From an uncultured Alphaproteobacteria bacterium (lineage in GTDB: Bacteria > Pseudomonadota > Alphaproteobacteria > Sphingomonadales > Sphingomonadaceae): a stretch of 64,000 nt of DNA. The stretch covers positions 57,072-121,071 of the forward strand of contig CAWJWR010000009.1 in NCBI GenBank assembly GCA_963846645.1, in the 5' to 3' direction. A program made the translations under genes and the position numbers. Every line of letters begins with the position of its first letter. The first letter of the stretch is position 1. Shown piece by piece: positions 10,948 to 20,707 of the stretch. The notes under the pieces were generated by a model, which was not told where the DNA came from, ran no database searches, and was given only the letters and a program-made list of their open reading frames with translations.

Positions 10948-11913
10948 ATGACCAACACCATGTCGACCCGCGTCGCGATTCTCGGATCGGGCCCAGCGGG
11001 CCTTACAGCAGCCATCTACGCGGCCCGTGCCGGCCTTTCGCCGATCGTCATCCAGGGCATCCAGCCCGGTGGCCAGCTGACCACGACCACGGATGTCGAG
11101 AATTATCCCGGCTTCCGCGACGTCGTCCAGGGCCCGTGGCTCATGGAAGAGATGCAGGCGCAGGCCGAGCATGTCGGTACGCGCATGGTGTGGGATCATA
11201 TCTCGGCAGTCGATCTGAACAGCCGTCCGATCCGCCTCACAGGCGACAGCGGTACGCAGTACTTCGCCGATACTTTGATCATCGCGACTGGCGCGCAGGC
11301 CAAGTGGCTCAACCTCCCGTCCGAAGAGCATATGAAGGGCAGGGGCGCCTCCGCCTGCGCGACCTGCGATGGCTTCTTCTATCGCGGAAAGCGCGTCGCC
11401 GTGATCGGCGGCGGCAATACGGCAGTCGAAGAAGCGCTCTACCTCACCAATCACAGCCACGACGTGACTCTCGTCCATCGCCGCGACAGCCTCCGCGCGG
11501 AGAAGATCCTGCAGGATCGCCTGTTCGCCAACCCTCACATCAAGATCATCTGGGACTCGGAAGTCGAGGAGTTCGTCGCCGGTGGCGAGCCGGAAGCGCT
11601 CGTCGGGCTCGACATCAAGAGCCGGCTGACCGGGGAAGTTACCCGGCTGCCGGTCGAGGGAGCCTTCGTCGCAATCGGCCACAAGCCGGCGACGGAGCTA
11701 TTCGCCGATCAGCTGACGCTCGACAGCGACGGTTACATTCAGGTCGAAATCGGCACGACCAAGACCAGCATCCCGGGCGTCTTCGCCTGTGGCGATGTCA
11801 TGGACAAAATCTATCGCCAGGCGGTCACCGCCGCGGGAACGGGCTGCATGGCCGCGCTGGATGCTGAAAAGTATCTTGCGGCGCAGGAATTCGAAGCGCT
11901 CGCCGCGGAGTGA
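10948..11913 (+). CDS. trxB: thioredoxin-disulfide reductase
   Basis: FAD motif ILGSGPAG, redox-active CATC, NADPH motif GGGNTAVEEA, and C-terminal GHKPAT...FACGDV. Confidence 0.9.
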   Translation: MTNTMSTRVAILGSGPAGLTAAIYAARAGLSPIVIQGIQPGGQLTTTTDVENYPGFRDVVQGPWLMEEMQAQAEHVGTRMVWDHISAVDLNSRPIRLTGDSGTQYFADTLIIATGAQAKWLNLPSEEHMKGRGASACATCDGFFYRGKRVAVIGGGNTAVEEALYLTNHSHDVTLVHRRDSLRAEKILQDRLFANPHIKIIWDSEVEEFVAGGEPEALVGLDIKSRLTGEVTRLPVEGAFVAIGHKPATELFADQLTLDSDGYIQVEIGTTKTSIPGVFACGDVMDKIYRQAVTAAGTGCMAALDAEKYLAAQEFEALAAE

Positions 11914-11917
11914 CGCC

Positions 11918-12205
11918 TTAGCGGCTGCGCAGCCGCTCCACGAACTCGATCAGGCTGCCGAAGCTGGCGAAGTCCTCGGCATCGACGTCATCGTCTTCGA
12001 TCAGGACTCCGATCCGCTCCTCGAGGGCAGTCAGGAAGTTTGCGACGGCCATCGAATCGAACTCAGGAAGCGATCCGAAAAGGGCGGTCGATTCCGCGAA
12101 ACCGCTGACCTGGCTCTGCGCGAGGCCGAGGACTTCCGACAGAAGTTCCCGCACGGTCACCTCGGCGATGACCTCGTCGGGGGCTTTTTCGACCTTGTTC
12201 AACAC
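11918..12205 (-). CDS. acyl carrier protein-like (PP-binding) protein
   Basis: 95 aa acidic protein. Phosphopantetheine attachment-type motif LFGSLPEFDSMAVANFLTALEE (Ser in DSM). Transcribed divergently from the ligase-decarboxylase pair. Confidence 0.7.
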   Translation of the reverse strand: MLNKVEKAPDEVIAEVTVRELLSEVLGLAQSQVSGFAESTALFGSLPEFDSMAVANFLTALEERIGVLIEDDDVDAEDFASFGSLIEFVERLRSR

Positions 12206-12281
12206 GTCCGCGGCCCTAGTCGAAGGCCGTTGTTACGGCAACATCGTTGCGTCGCGCGCTCCGTGCAGCAATGACAGCAGG

Positions 12282-13778
12282 GTGGAGCCCGACCCGACGC
12301 CATTCCCACTCGACTGGCTGGCCAGATGCGGCGTCCGGGGATCGCCTGCGCTGACGGTCGACAAGGCAACGCTCAGCCATTCGGAACTCGACGAGCAGGT
12401 CGGGCGCACGGCCGCTGCGCTGCTTGCGCGCGGACTTGCGGCTGGAGATCGCGTGGCCAGCTGGATGGGCAAGACGGAGCTCGCCTGCATCCTGCCGCTT
12501 GCGGCCGCCAGGGCCGGAATTGTCCATGTCCCCATCAACCCCGTCCTGAAGCGCGCGCAGGCTGGTCATATCCTGGCGGACAGTGGCGCGAAGCTGCTGA
12601 TCGCGAATGAGGCCCGGCTGCAATCTCTAGGACAGAGCGATCGCTTCGAAGCTGAACTCATCGCCCTGGAGGATTGGCAATCTGGCGAGGAGGCTCTCCG
12701 GCCGTCCAGGCATGATCCGGACGAACTCGCCGCCTTGCTCTACACTTCAGGCTCAACCGGCAAGCCGAAGGGCGTAATGCTCAGCCATGCGAACATGTGG
12801 CTCGGCGCAATCAGCGTCGCCCACTATCTCCATCTCGCCCCCGATGACCGTACGCTCTGCGTATTGCCGCTGGCCTTCGACTACGGCCAGAACCAGTTGC
12901 TCGCGACCTGGGCCGCGGGCGGCCACGCTATCGCCTTCGATTATCTCCTGCCAGGGGACGTCGTGCGGGCGGTCGGACGTCATGGCGTCACGGTCCTCGC
13001 GGGCGTGCCGCCGCTGTGGCTGCAACTCGCCGAGCTGGATTGGTCCAAGGGAGAGGGTGCCACGCTCCGGACGCTGACGAACAGCGGCGGCCATCTTCCG
13101 GAGTCTGTCGTCCGCAAGCTCCGCTCGCTGTTCCCCGATGCCCGGCTGCACCTGATGTATGGACTGACCGAAGCGTTCCGCTCGACCAGCCTCGACCCGG
13201 CGCTCGCCGACCGGCATCCGGACAGCGTCGGCAGGGCGATTCCGTTCGCGGAGGTGCTGATTGTTGGAGCAAACGGCGACGAAGCCGCTGCAGGGGAGGA
13301 GGGAGAGTTGGTTCATTCCGGCCCGCTCGTAGCCCACGGCTATTGGCGCGATCCGATGAAGACCGAAGAACGCTTCAAGCCGGCCCCGTCATTCTCCAGA
13401 TATGGCGGCACGGCCGTATGGTCCGGCGACCGCGCCGTCCGCGGCGAGGATGGCCTCGTCCGGTTCCGAGGCCGCGACGACGCGATGATCAAGGTCAGCG
13501 GCAATCGCCTCAGCCCGACGGAGATCGAGGAGGCCGCGCTTGCGAGTGGAGCCGTTCGCGAAGTGCTGGCCGTCGGCGTGAAGGACGAGCGGCTCGGCCA
13601 AGCCGTCGCCCTGATCGCCGTGGCGAAGGGCGAGGACGCCGAGCAACGTCTGCGCGCGCATCTGGCGGCCGAGCTTCCGTCCTACATGCAGCCCAGGCAG
13701 ATCGTCTGGCGCGAAGCTCTGCCAGTGTCTCCGAACGGCAAGCTCGATCGGGCAGCCCTGGTGAGGGAGTTCGCATGA
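12282..13778 (+). CDS. AMP-dependent synthetase/ligase (acyl/aminoacyl-adenylate forming); start uncertain
   Basis: AMP-binding signature LYTSGSTGKPKGV, A8-like GELVHSGPLVAHGYW, and C-terminal SGNRLSPTEIEEA...PNGKLDR. The ORF-track ORF (12168) would overlap the divergent ACP start, so GTG 12282 is taken as the start. Confidence 0.8.
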   Translation: MEPDPTPFPLDWLARCGVRGSPALTVDKATLSHSELDEQVGRTAAALLARGLAAGDRVASWMGKTELACILPLAAARAGIVHVPINPVLKRAQAGHILADSGAKLLIANEARLQSLGQSDRFEAELIALEDWQSGEEALRPSRHDPDELAALLYTSGSTGKPKGVMLSHANMWLGAISVAHYLHLAPDDRTLCVLPLAFDYGQNQLLATWAAGGHAIAFDYLLPGDVVRAVGRHGVTVLAGVPPLWLQLAELDWSKGEGATLRTLTNSGGHLPESVVRKLRSLFPDARLHLMYGLTEAFRSTSLDPALADRHPDSVGRAIPFAEVLIVGANGDEAAAGEEGELVHSGPLVAHGYWRDPMKTEERFKPAPSFSRYGGTAVWSGDRAVRGEDGLVRFRGRDDAMIKVSGNRLSPTEIEEAALASGAVREVLAVGVKDERLGQAVALIAVAKGEDAEQRLRAHLAAELPSYMQPRQIVWREALPVSPNGKLDRAALVREFA

Positions 13779-14995
13779 AGCCGATGGGTCCGATCCCCCC
13801 GAGCTTCACGGGCGATGTTGAGGGACGGCTCTTGATCGGCAAGCGAACCGCGGACGAACTCGTCGCCGAGGCCGGCAGCACCCCATTGTTCGTCTACGAT
13901 ACGAAACTCATCGCCCGTCAGATCGACCTGTTCCGCGCAGCGATGCCGCGAGAGGTTGCCCTGCATTATGCCGTAAAAGCAAATCCTTACGCGCCGTTGC
14001 TGTCATGGTTGGCGGGCAAGGTCGACGGCTTCGACATCGCCTCGGCTGGAGAACTGGGGCGCGTCGCCCATCTCGGTTTGCCAATCAGTTTTGCCGGACC
14101 CGGCAAGACCGACCGACAGCTTGAAACCGCAATCCGAGCGGCCGTTACGATCAACTTGGAAAGCGAAGGCGAGGCGGAGAAGGCGCTCGCCATTGCCGCC
14201 ACTGGTAGCCGCCCGCCTAAGCTTGCGGTGCGCGTGAACCCTCCGTTCGCGCTCAAGGGCGCGGGAATGAAAATGGGTGGCCTGGCCAGCCAGTTCGGCG
14301 TCGATCACGACCGCGCGCCCGCACTCATTCGACGGCTGATCGAAGCCGGCGCCGATTGGCGCGGGCTGCACATCTTCACCGGCAGCCAGGCGCTCCAGAC
14401 CGATGCGCTCATCGAAGCTCAGGCCGCTACAATTGCGCTGGCGGCGGACATTGCCGCACAGGCCGGCGCTTCACCTCCTGAGGTGAATCTCGGCGGCGGT
14501 TTCGGGATTCCGTACTTCCCGGGCGATCAGGCTTTGGACATCGAAGCCATCGGAAGTTCGCTCGGCAGAACATTGGAAAACCGTCCGAAAGTCCTCGGCG
14601 ATACCCATTTTGCTATTGAGCTCGGCCGCTGGATCGTGGGCGAGGCGGGCGTTTATCTCACGCGCATCGTCGACCGGAAGCAAAGCCGTGGAGAGACCTT
14701 CCTCGTAACCGACGGCGGCCTGCAGCACATGCTCGCCGCGTCCGGCAACTTCGGCCAGCTCCTGCGCCGCAACTACCCGGTCGCCATTGCGAACCGATTC
14801 GGAGCGGATGCGCAGGAAACCGCCACGATCACTGGCTGCCTGTGCACCCCGCTGGACCTGCTGGCGCACGACGTAGCCTTGCCTCGGGCGGAGCCGGGCG
14901 ATCTCGTCGCTATCTTCTGCGCAGGTGCCTACGGCCTCAGCGCGAGCCCGCAGGAATTTCTCAGCCAGCCGCGCGCTCGCGAAATGCTCGTCTAG
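13775..14995 (+). CDS. PLP-dependent decarboxylase, fold-III Orn/DAP/Arg decarboxylase family (LysA-like)
   Basis: ATG overlaps the ligase stop (ATGA). [10 protein letters not shown] lysine motif, GGGFGIPY, and C-terminal ...CGPLCTPLD...GAYG-type blocks ([11 protein letters not shown]...[10 protein letters not shown]). The long upstream ORF 13016.. is rejected. Confidence 0.8.
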   Translation: MKPMGPIPPSFTGDVEGRLLIGKRTADELVAEAGSTPLFVYDTKLIARQIDLFRAAMPREVALHYAVKANPYAPLLSWLAGKVDGFDIASAGELGRVAHLGLPISFAGPGKTDRQLETAIRAAVTINLESEGEAEKALAIAATGSRPPKLAVRVNPPFALKGAGMKMGGLASQFGVDHDRAPALIRRLIEAGADWRGLHIFTGSQALQTDALIEAQAATIALAADIAAQAGASPPEVNLGGGFGIPYFPGDQALDIEAIGSSLGRTLENRPKVLGDTHFAIELGRWIVGEAGVYLTRIVDRKQSRGETFLVTDGGLQHMLAASGNFGQLLRRNYPVAIANRFGADAQETATITGCLCTPLDLLAHDVALPRAEPGDLVAIFCAGAYGLSASPQEFLSQPRAREMLV

Positions 14996-15732
14996 GGGTA
15001 GACCGCCTCGACGAAATACAGGCCCTCCGAAGGGGCGTTGAGGCCGAGCTCCGCGCGATCCCGGGCTTCCAGTGCGCGGCGCATATCGTCCGGCTGCCAC
15101 TGACCTCGCCCGACGAGCGCCAGGCACCCTACCATCGACCGCACCTGGTGATGCAGGAAGCTGCGCGCCGCGGCCTCGACATGGATTTCCTCGCCTCGTG
15201 TGATGACCTCCAGCCGGTCGAGCGTCTTCACAGGGCTGTCCGACTGGCAGTGCACCGACCGAAAGGTCGTGTAATCGTGCCGGCCGACGAGCATTGCGGC
15301 GCCCTGCGCCATTGCATCGGCATCAAGCTCGGCGGGAATATGCCAAACCCTGCCGCGGTCCAGCGCGGGCGGCGCACGGCGATTCAGGATGCGATACAGA
15401 TACTTGCGTCCAATACATGAGAAGCGTGCGTGCCAGTCTTCGGCGACCTGCTCGACCGCGAGCACTGAAATCGGATGAGGCCGCACCAGCGCGTTGAGTC
15501 CCTCCCGAAGCCTGTGCTCGGTAAGCGTCTTGGCGATGTCCGTGTGCGCCGACATGGCGAGCGCGTGGACCCCGGCATCCGTGCGACCCGCGCCGTGAAC
15601 GGCCGTCAGCTCCCCGGTCATGCGATTAATGGCTTCCTCGAGCGCCTGCTGGACCGACGGCCCATGGTCCTGCCGCTGCCAGCCCATGAACGGCCCGCCG
15701 TCGAATTCGATGGTCAGCCGCCAGCGGGTCAA
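14992..15732 (-). CDS. truA: tRNA pseudouridine(38-40) synthase
   Basis: [19 protein letters not shown]...[11 protein letters not shown] (catalytic Asp)...YLYRI. Confidence 0.9.
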   Translation of the reverse strand: MTRWRLTIEFDGGPFMGWQRQDHGPSVQQALEEAINRMTGELTAVHGAGRTDAGVHALAMSAHTDIAKTLTEHRLREGLNALVRPHPISVLAVEQVAEDWHARFSCIGRKYLYRILNRRAPPALDRGRVWHIPAELDADAMAQGAAMLVGRHDYTTFRSVHCQSDSPVKTLDRLEVITRGEEIHVEAAARSFLHHQVRSMVGCLALVGRGQWQPDDMRRALEARDRAELGLNAPSEGLYFVEAVYP

Positions 15733-16637
15733 TGAAGGATCGTGCCTTCCGCGATTGGAAAGCCGCGCAACAGTTCGCCGACAGTCATTACGCTTCTACC
15801 GGCCCGCTGCACCTTCAGAGGCCTTAGGCCGCCGCTGCCCGCCGCAATGCTCAGCTGATCATCAAAAACGCAGCCCGGCTCTCCGGCGGCAGCGTCGACC
15901 GCCATAGCTTCCAGAAGCCTGATGCGCTCGCCCTTCACCTCAAACCACGCACCCGGCGTGGGTGCGAAAGCACGAACCTGCCGTCCGATCTCCGTCGCGG
16001 TCTTGGTCCAGTCGATTCGGGCCTCGGCCTTGTCGATTTTGGGCGCGTAAGTGGCGCCTTCGGCAGGCTGTTGCTGTGGCCGATGGCCGGTTCGATCCTC
16101 CAGCCATTCCAACAGCGCCCCTGCGCCCAATTCAGCCATTTCTTGGGTGATTTGTCCCGCACTCTTACGATCAAGCAACAGCTTTTTCGTGAGTAGCATC
16201 GGCCCGGTATCGAGCCCCTCGTCCATCTGCATGATGGTCACGCCGCTCACCGCGTCCCCGGCAAGGATCGCCCGCTGGATCGGCGCTGCCCCCCGCCAGC
16301 GAGGCAGGAGCGAAGCGTGGATGTTCACGCAGCCCAGCCGTGGCGCATCCAGGATCGGTTTCGGCAGGATCAGGCCATAGGCCGCCACAACTGCCAGATC
16401 CGCACCAAGTTGGGCGAAACGCGCCTGCTCCTCCTCATTGCGAAGCGTGCGCGACGTGCGGACCTCTAGGCCAAGCTGCTCCGCCCGCTCATGCACCGCG
16501 GTCTTCCGGTCCGCCTTGCCCCGCCCGGCAGGTCGCGGCGGCTGGCAATAGACCGCAACGATCTCGTGCCCCGCCTCCACCAGCGCGTTCAGCGCCGGCA
16601 CGGCGAAGTCGGGACTGCCCATGAAGATGATCCGCAT
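15729..16637 (-). CDS. fmt: methionyl-tRNA formyltransferase
   Basis: [16 protein letters not shown]...[20 protein letters not shown]...; ATGA overlap with truA. Confidence 0.9.
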   Translation of the reverse strand: MRIIFMGSPDFAVPALNALVEAGHEIVAVYCQPPRPAGRGKADRKTAVHERAEQLGLEVRTSRTLRNEEEQARFAQLGADLAVVAAYGLILPKPILDAPRLGCVNIHASLLPRWRGAAPIQRAILAGDAVSGVTIMQMDEGLDTGPMLLTKKLLLDRKSAGQITQEMAELGAGALLEWLEDRTGHRPQQQPAEGATYAPKIDKAEARIDWTKTATEIGRQVRAFAPTPGAWFEVKGERIRLLEAMAVDAAAGEPGCVFDDQLSIAAGSGGLRPLKVQRAGRSVMTVGELLRGFPIAEGTILH

Positions 16638-16685
16638 CGCGGCGCCCTATGGCGGACGCGGCGGAATTTTCCTACCTCACTTGCA

Positions 16686-17283
16686 ATGGCTTCCCAGGAG
16701 ATCGAGGCGCTTGCAGGCGCGCTGGCACGGCTGCCGGGGCTCGGGCCCCGTTCGGCGCGGCGCGCGGTGCTGCACCTGATGAAGAAGCGCCAGACTGCGC
16801 TAGAGCCGCTCCTGTCGGCCTTGCAGCGCGTTTCGGAGCGGCTTTCGACCTGCTCGACGTGCGGAAACGTCGACACGTCCGACCCCTGCGGCATCTGCCG
16901 CGACCCACGCCGGGACGAGAAAAGCCTGTGCGTGGTGGAGGAGGTCGCCGACCTTTGGGCGCTTGACCGCTCGCGCCTGTTCCCCGGCCGCTATCACGTC
17001 CTCGGAGGACGCCTTTCGGCGCTGGAAGGCATCCGGCCCGAGGATCTCGGCCATCGACCGCCTAGTTGCCCGAGTCAGCGCCGGCGGCATCGACGAGGTC
17101 GTCCTCGCCATGAACGCCACGCTAGAAGGGCAGACGACGGCCCACTATCTTGCCGAGCGGCTGGAGAAGCTGCCCATCCGCCTCACCCAGCTCGCTCACG
17201 GCCTGCCGGTCGGCGGCGAACTTGATTATCTCGACGAAGGCACGTTGGCGCAGGCTCTCAGGGCCCGTAGACCCATCGCTTGA
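16686..17283 (+). CDS. recR: recombination protein RecR; apparent frameshift ~17040
   Basis: N-terminus [26 protein letters not shown] with C4 zinc finger [16 protein letters not shown]. Toprim C-terminus ([23 protein letters not shown]...) is in frame 16963..17283. Confidence 0.8.
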
Positions 17284-17314
17284 AGCCACTGGCTGGAAAG
17301 ACTAAATTAGCGTC

Positions 17315-17854
17315 ATGGCCATTCGTCCGATCGTAGAAGTCCCCGACCCGCGGCTGCGTGAGATCTCCAAGCCTGTCGAAGGCGTGGACGATGAGCTTCG
17401 CACCCTCGTCGCGGACATGTTCGACACGATGTACGACGCGCCGGGCATCGGCCTTGCCGCGATCCAGGTCGGCGTGCCCAAGCGGGTGCTGGTGATCGAC
17501 CTGCAGGAACCGGAAGAAGAGGGCGGCGAGCCCGTCCGCGACCCGCGGGTCTTCATCAACCCGGAAATCCTCACGCACTCGGATCAGGACGTGCCCTATA
17601 CCGAGGGCTGCCTGTCGGTCCCCGACCAATATGCGGAGGTCGACCGTCCGGACCGCGTCCGCGCGCGCTGGATGGAGCTCGACGGCAAGGTCCGCGAGGA
17701 AGAGATCGAAGGCCTGTTGGCCGTCTGCCTCCAGCACGAGATGGACCATCTCGAGGGCATATTGTTCATCGATCATCTGTCGCGCCTGAAGCGCAACATG
17801 ATCCTCAACAAGCTGAACAAGCTGCGCAAAGAAGGCGTGAAAAAAGCGGCTTAG
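17315..17854 (+). CDS. def: peptide deformylase
   Basis: [15 protein letters not shown] and QHEMDHL motifs. Confidence 0.9.
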   Translation: MAIRPIVEVPDPRLREISKPVEGVDDELRTLVADMFDTMYDAPGIGLAAIQVGVPKRVLVIDLQEPEEEGGEPVRDPRVFINPEILTHSDQDVPYTEGCLSVPDQYAEVDRPDRVRARWMELDGKVREEEIEGLLAVCLQHEMDHLEGILFIDHLSRLKRNMILNKLNKLRKEGVKKAA

Positions 17855-17864
17855 CCGCGACTCC

Positions 17865-18266
17865 TTATACTGGTTCGAAGACTGCGAGGGCGGCGTGGCG
17901 GCAATCGGCGGCGCATTCACGGCAGATCTGGGCGCACAGCTTGCAATGTTCGTGATCGTGCTTTTCGCACTCGGCGGCGCAGGCCTCGCAGACGCGGGCG
18001 CATAGCTCGAGCACGTCTCTCAGAACCTCTTCGTTCGAACCGCTGCGGCGCAGCGCGACCCGGCAAGCGGCCTCACAGACGTCGGCGCAGTCCAGGCAGC
18101 TCCGGATGCACTGCGTCATGTCCATCTTTTCGGCCGAGCAGGCGTCCGCGCAGCTCAGGCACATTTTCGCGCAATACATCAGGTGGTGGACGGCATCGCC
18201 AAGCGGCTGGTTCACGTGGTGGCCCTGCACATCGGGGTGCAGTGCGATCATTTTGCGAATGGACAT
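17865..18266 (-). CDS. four-helix-bundle copper-binding protein (DUF326, Csp-like; no signal peptide, so Csp3-like cytosolic)
   Basis: 133 aa with about 18 Cys in repeated CxxxC/CxxC spacing (CAKMCLSCADACSAEK...CIRSCLDCADVCEAAC...CARVCEACAAECEKH...CKLCAQICRECAADC). Confidence 0.7.
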   Translation of the reverse strand: MSIRKMIALHPDVQGHHVNQPLGDAVHHLMYCAKMCLSCADACSAEKMDMTQCIRSCLDCADVCEAACRVALRRSGSNEEVLRDVLELCARVCEACAAECEKHDHEHCKLCAQICRECAADCRHAALAVFEPV

Positions 18267-18337
18267 TGAGCTTTCTCCCTCTCTCCCGTGGATAACTCGG
18301 AACGTTCCGCTTGAGGAGTGGGTCCGACAGCCGTAAA

Positions 18338-18352
18338 GTTCACATTCTGTTC
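18338..18352. promoter_or_regulatory. candidate LexA box GTTC-N7-GTTC upstream of rmuC
   Basis: GTTCACATTCTGTTC lies ~17 bp upstream of the rmuC ATG (18369). Same direct-repeat architecture as the lexA autoregulatory box at 4308..4322. Confidence 0.45.
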
Positions 18353-18368
18353 CGGGGGAGTCACGGCC

Positions 18369-19702
18369 ATGGATGTGGGGTCCATCATCTTCGTTCTGAT
18401 AGCGCTGGCAATAGGCGCAGTCGTAGGCTGGCTGATCGGCAGCCGCGACGGTGTCGGGGCGAAGCAGACTGTCGACAGTCTCCGCCTGCAGCTCGACGAA
18501 GTGGTGAAGGAACGCGACGCGAATCGTGGCGCGGCACAGGAACTCGCGGCGCTCAAGGCAGTGCAGGATGAACGCGAGCGGGCTTTCGAGGAGCGCCTGG
18601 CCGAGCTGACCGCAGCTCGCGAGGCTTTGACGTCCCAGTTCGCGGAGGTCGGTGGCAAGCTGCTCGAAGGCGCGCAGAAGCAGTTCCTCGAGCGCGCCGA
18701 CCAGCGTTTCAGGACAGCGAGGCGAGCGCTCGGGACAAGTCGCTCAAGGCGCTGCTGCAGCCGGTGCACGAGCGCCTGCAGCGTTATGAAGAGGTCGTCA
18801 CCAAGGTCGAGGAGGAGCGGCGCAAGGACTTCGGCCTGCTCACCGGCCATATCGAGGCGATGAAGAGCGGGCACCGAGCGCGTCTCCGCCGAGGCGGCGA
18901 AGCTGGTCAACGCGCTACGCAACGCGCCCAAGGCCCGCGGTCGCTGGGGCGAGCAGCAGTTGCGCAACGTGCTCGAAAGCTGCGGCCTGACCGAGCATGC
19001 GACTTCGCAACCGAGGTCAGCCGGTCGGACGACGAGGGCGGTCGCCTTCGCCCTGACGTCATTCTGCGTGTGCCGGGCGGTCAGAGCCTGGTGATCGACG
19101 CCAAGGTGAGCCTGAACTCCTATCAGGACGCGTTCGGAGCCGTGGACGAGACGGAGCGCGCCGTTCACCTCACCGCACACGCCGCAGCCATCAAGAATCA
19201 CGTCAACGCGCTCGGCAACAAGGCTTATTGGGCGCAGTTCGACGACGCCCCCGATTATGTGGTGATGTTCATCCCGGGCGAGCACTTCCTGGCAGCAGCG
19301 CTCGAGCAGGACAGCAAGCTCTGGGATTTCGCGTTCGAGCGGCGCGTGCTGCTGGCGACGCCAACCAACCTGATCGCCATTGCCCGGACGGTCGCTGCCG
19401 TCTGGCGGCAGGAGAAACTGGCGAAGGAGGCGCGGCAGATCGGCGAGCTCGGCAAGGAATTGTACGACCGCCTCGCGAAGGCGGCGCTGGACCTGCGCAA
19501 GGTCGGTGCCGGCCTCACCAGCGCAGTGAATAATTACAATGCGTTCGTCTCGAGCTTTGAAAGCCGGTCTCTGGTGACGGCGCGCAAGTTCCGCGAGTTG
19601 AACATCGAGCCGGGCGCTCGCGAGATCGAAGTGGTTCCGGCAATCGAATCTTTGCCGCGCTATGGCAATGAGGACGAGCCCTCGCAGATCGCCGCGGAGT
19701 AA
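18369..19702 (+). CDS. rmuC: DNA recombination protein RmuC; several apparent frameshifts (~18720-19000)
   Basis: N-terminal TM helix and coiled coil (ORF 18318..18863). Conserved RmuC core (ILRVPGGQSLVIDAKVSLNSY...DYVVMFIPGEHFLAAAL...LATPTNLIAIARTVA) in frame 18764..19702. Confidence 0.75.
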
Positions 19703-19930
19703 CGGCCGGCTTGCAAAATAGGACTTCGACTGCTGACGTTCCTGTGCAGGCTCTTTGACATTCTAGCGAACGACGCTCGATCGCAGCGATTGTCACCTTC
19801 AGGTGTAACCCTCGGGTCGCTGAGGTTTGTCACCTTCGGTGTGCATACAATCTCGTAAAATCAGTGATTTGAGCGCAAATCGGGGTGACGGGCAATTGGC
19901 AGCCGCACCATCAACTTGGTCAAGTTCAGG

Positions 19931-20344
19931 CTACGGTAGCCGTTCGAGACTGATGGAACCGCTGGCGTTGCTGAGGATGAGCTGGTTTCCGGCCCAAGAC
20001 AGCTGCGCCTCCTGCTGAAGCACGGCCAAGCCTTCGCTTTCGTGCCTGCCTGCCGGCTCCGGGCAGCCCATCTTGGTCGAGATCGTGGGTCCTAGAGCGA
20101 GCGTGCTGCCAGTCGAGCTATAGGGCCCGCTGAAGCGGTTGCAGCCGAAGCGCCCACTCGCGCGTCCGTCCTTGAACTCCATTCGGTACATGTCGGTCCG
20201 TGGCGTTGCTTCGCCGTCGATGGACGTCACTTGCCAGGCCGAGCCCTCCAGCACCGGAGTGGCTGGTGCTTCTACCGTGGCACAGCCTGCCAAAACCGCT
20301 GCAACCGCGACAAGAACAACCCTAGAGACCGCCGCAGCCTTCAT
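19931..20344 (-). CDS. META domain (HslJ-like, DUF306) lipoprotein
   Basis: ATG preceded by GGGAGG. Lipobox LAGC. META-domain motifs (LEGSAWQVTSIDGE...GRASGRFGCNRFSGPY...MGCPE). Confidence 0.6.
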   Translation of the reverse strand: MKAAAVSRVVLVAVAAVLAGCATVEAPATPVLEGSAWQVTSIDGEATPRTDMYRMEFKDGRASGRFGCNRFSGPYSSTGSTLALGPTISTKMGCPEPAGRHESEGLAVLQQEAQLSWAGNQLILSNASGSISLERLP

Positions 20345-20668
20345 ACCGCCTCCCGTCGACGTCGACCTGCACCCTGTCCGGATAGACCCGGTCGGTGCGG
20401 CCGTCCTTGCACTGCGCATGGACAACATTCACGCCGATCCGCGGCGTCTGGTAGATTTCGCCGGCGAACCCGATGATCGGCTTCACAGCCGGCTGCAGAA
20501 CCGGTTGGGCGCCGGGCGCCGGAATGAACGTCAGGAAACGATCGTCGATAATCAGCGTCCAAGCCGCCGATCTGGCCGACCGCTCGATAAGGCGGCGGTG
20601 CGGGCGGCGGGTGCGAGAGGCAGGCGGTGAGCGAGACAGTCGAGCGCAAGGATCGCAAGACGTTTCAT
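20322..20668 (-). CDS. hypothetical secreted protein, probably frameshifted (signal peptide MKRLAILALDCLA in one frame, body in ORF 20322..20699)
   Basis: Short signal-peptide ORF starting at 20668 joins the 20322..20699 reading frame only through a frame change. No domain recognised. Confidence 0.25.
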
Positions 20669-20707
20669 CGGCAGAACAACCTTCCCGGATCAGCGCCATT
20701 CCTTATC

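Noticed and set aside
13016-13774. Upstream 253 codons of ORF 13016..14995 (Arg/Pro-rich), which would extend the decarboxylase N-terminally.
   Set aside because: It overlaps the ligase coding frame, has low-complexity composition, and the decarboxylase homology begins at the ATG at 13775, which is coupled to the ligase stop.
20341-20699. ORFs 20341..20658 (-) and 20322..20699 (-) as two separate genes.
   Set aside because: They overlap and have no domain similarity. Only the short signal-peptide ORF starting at 20668, joined by a frame change to the 20322..20699 frame, gives a coherent though low-confidence model.
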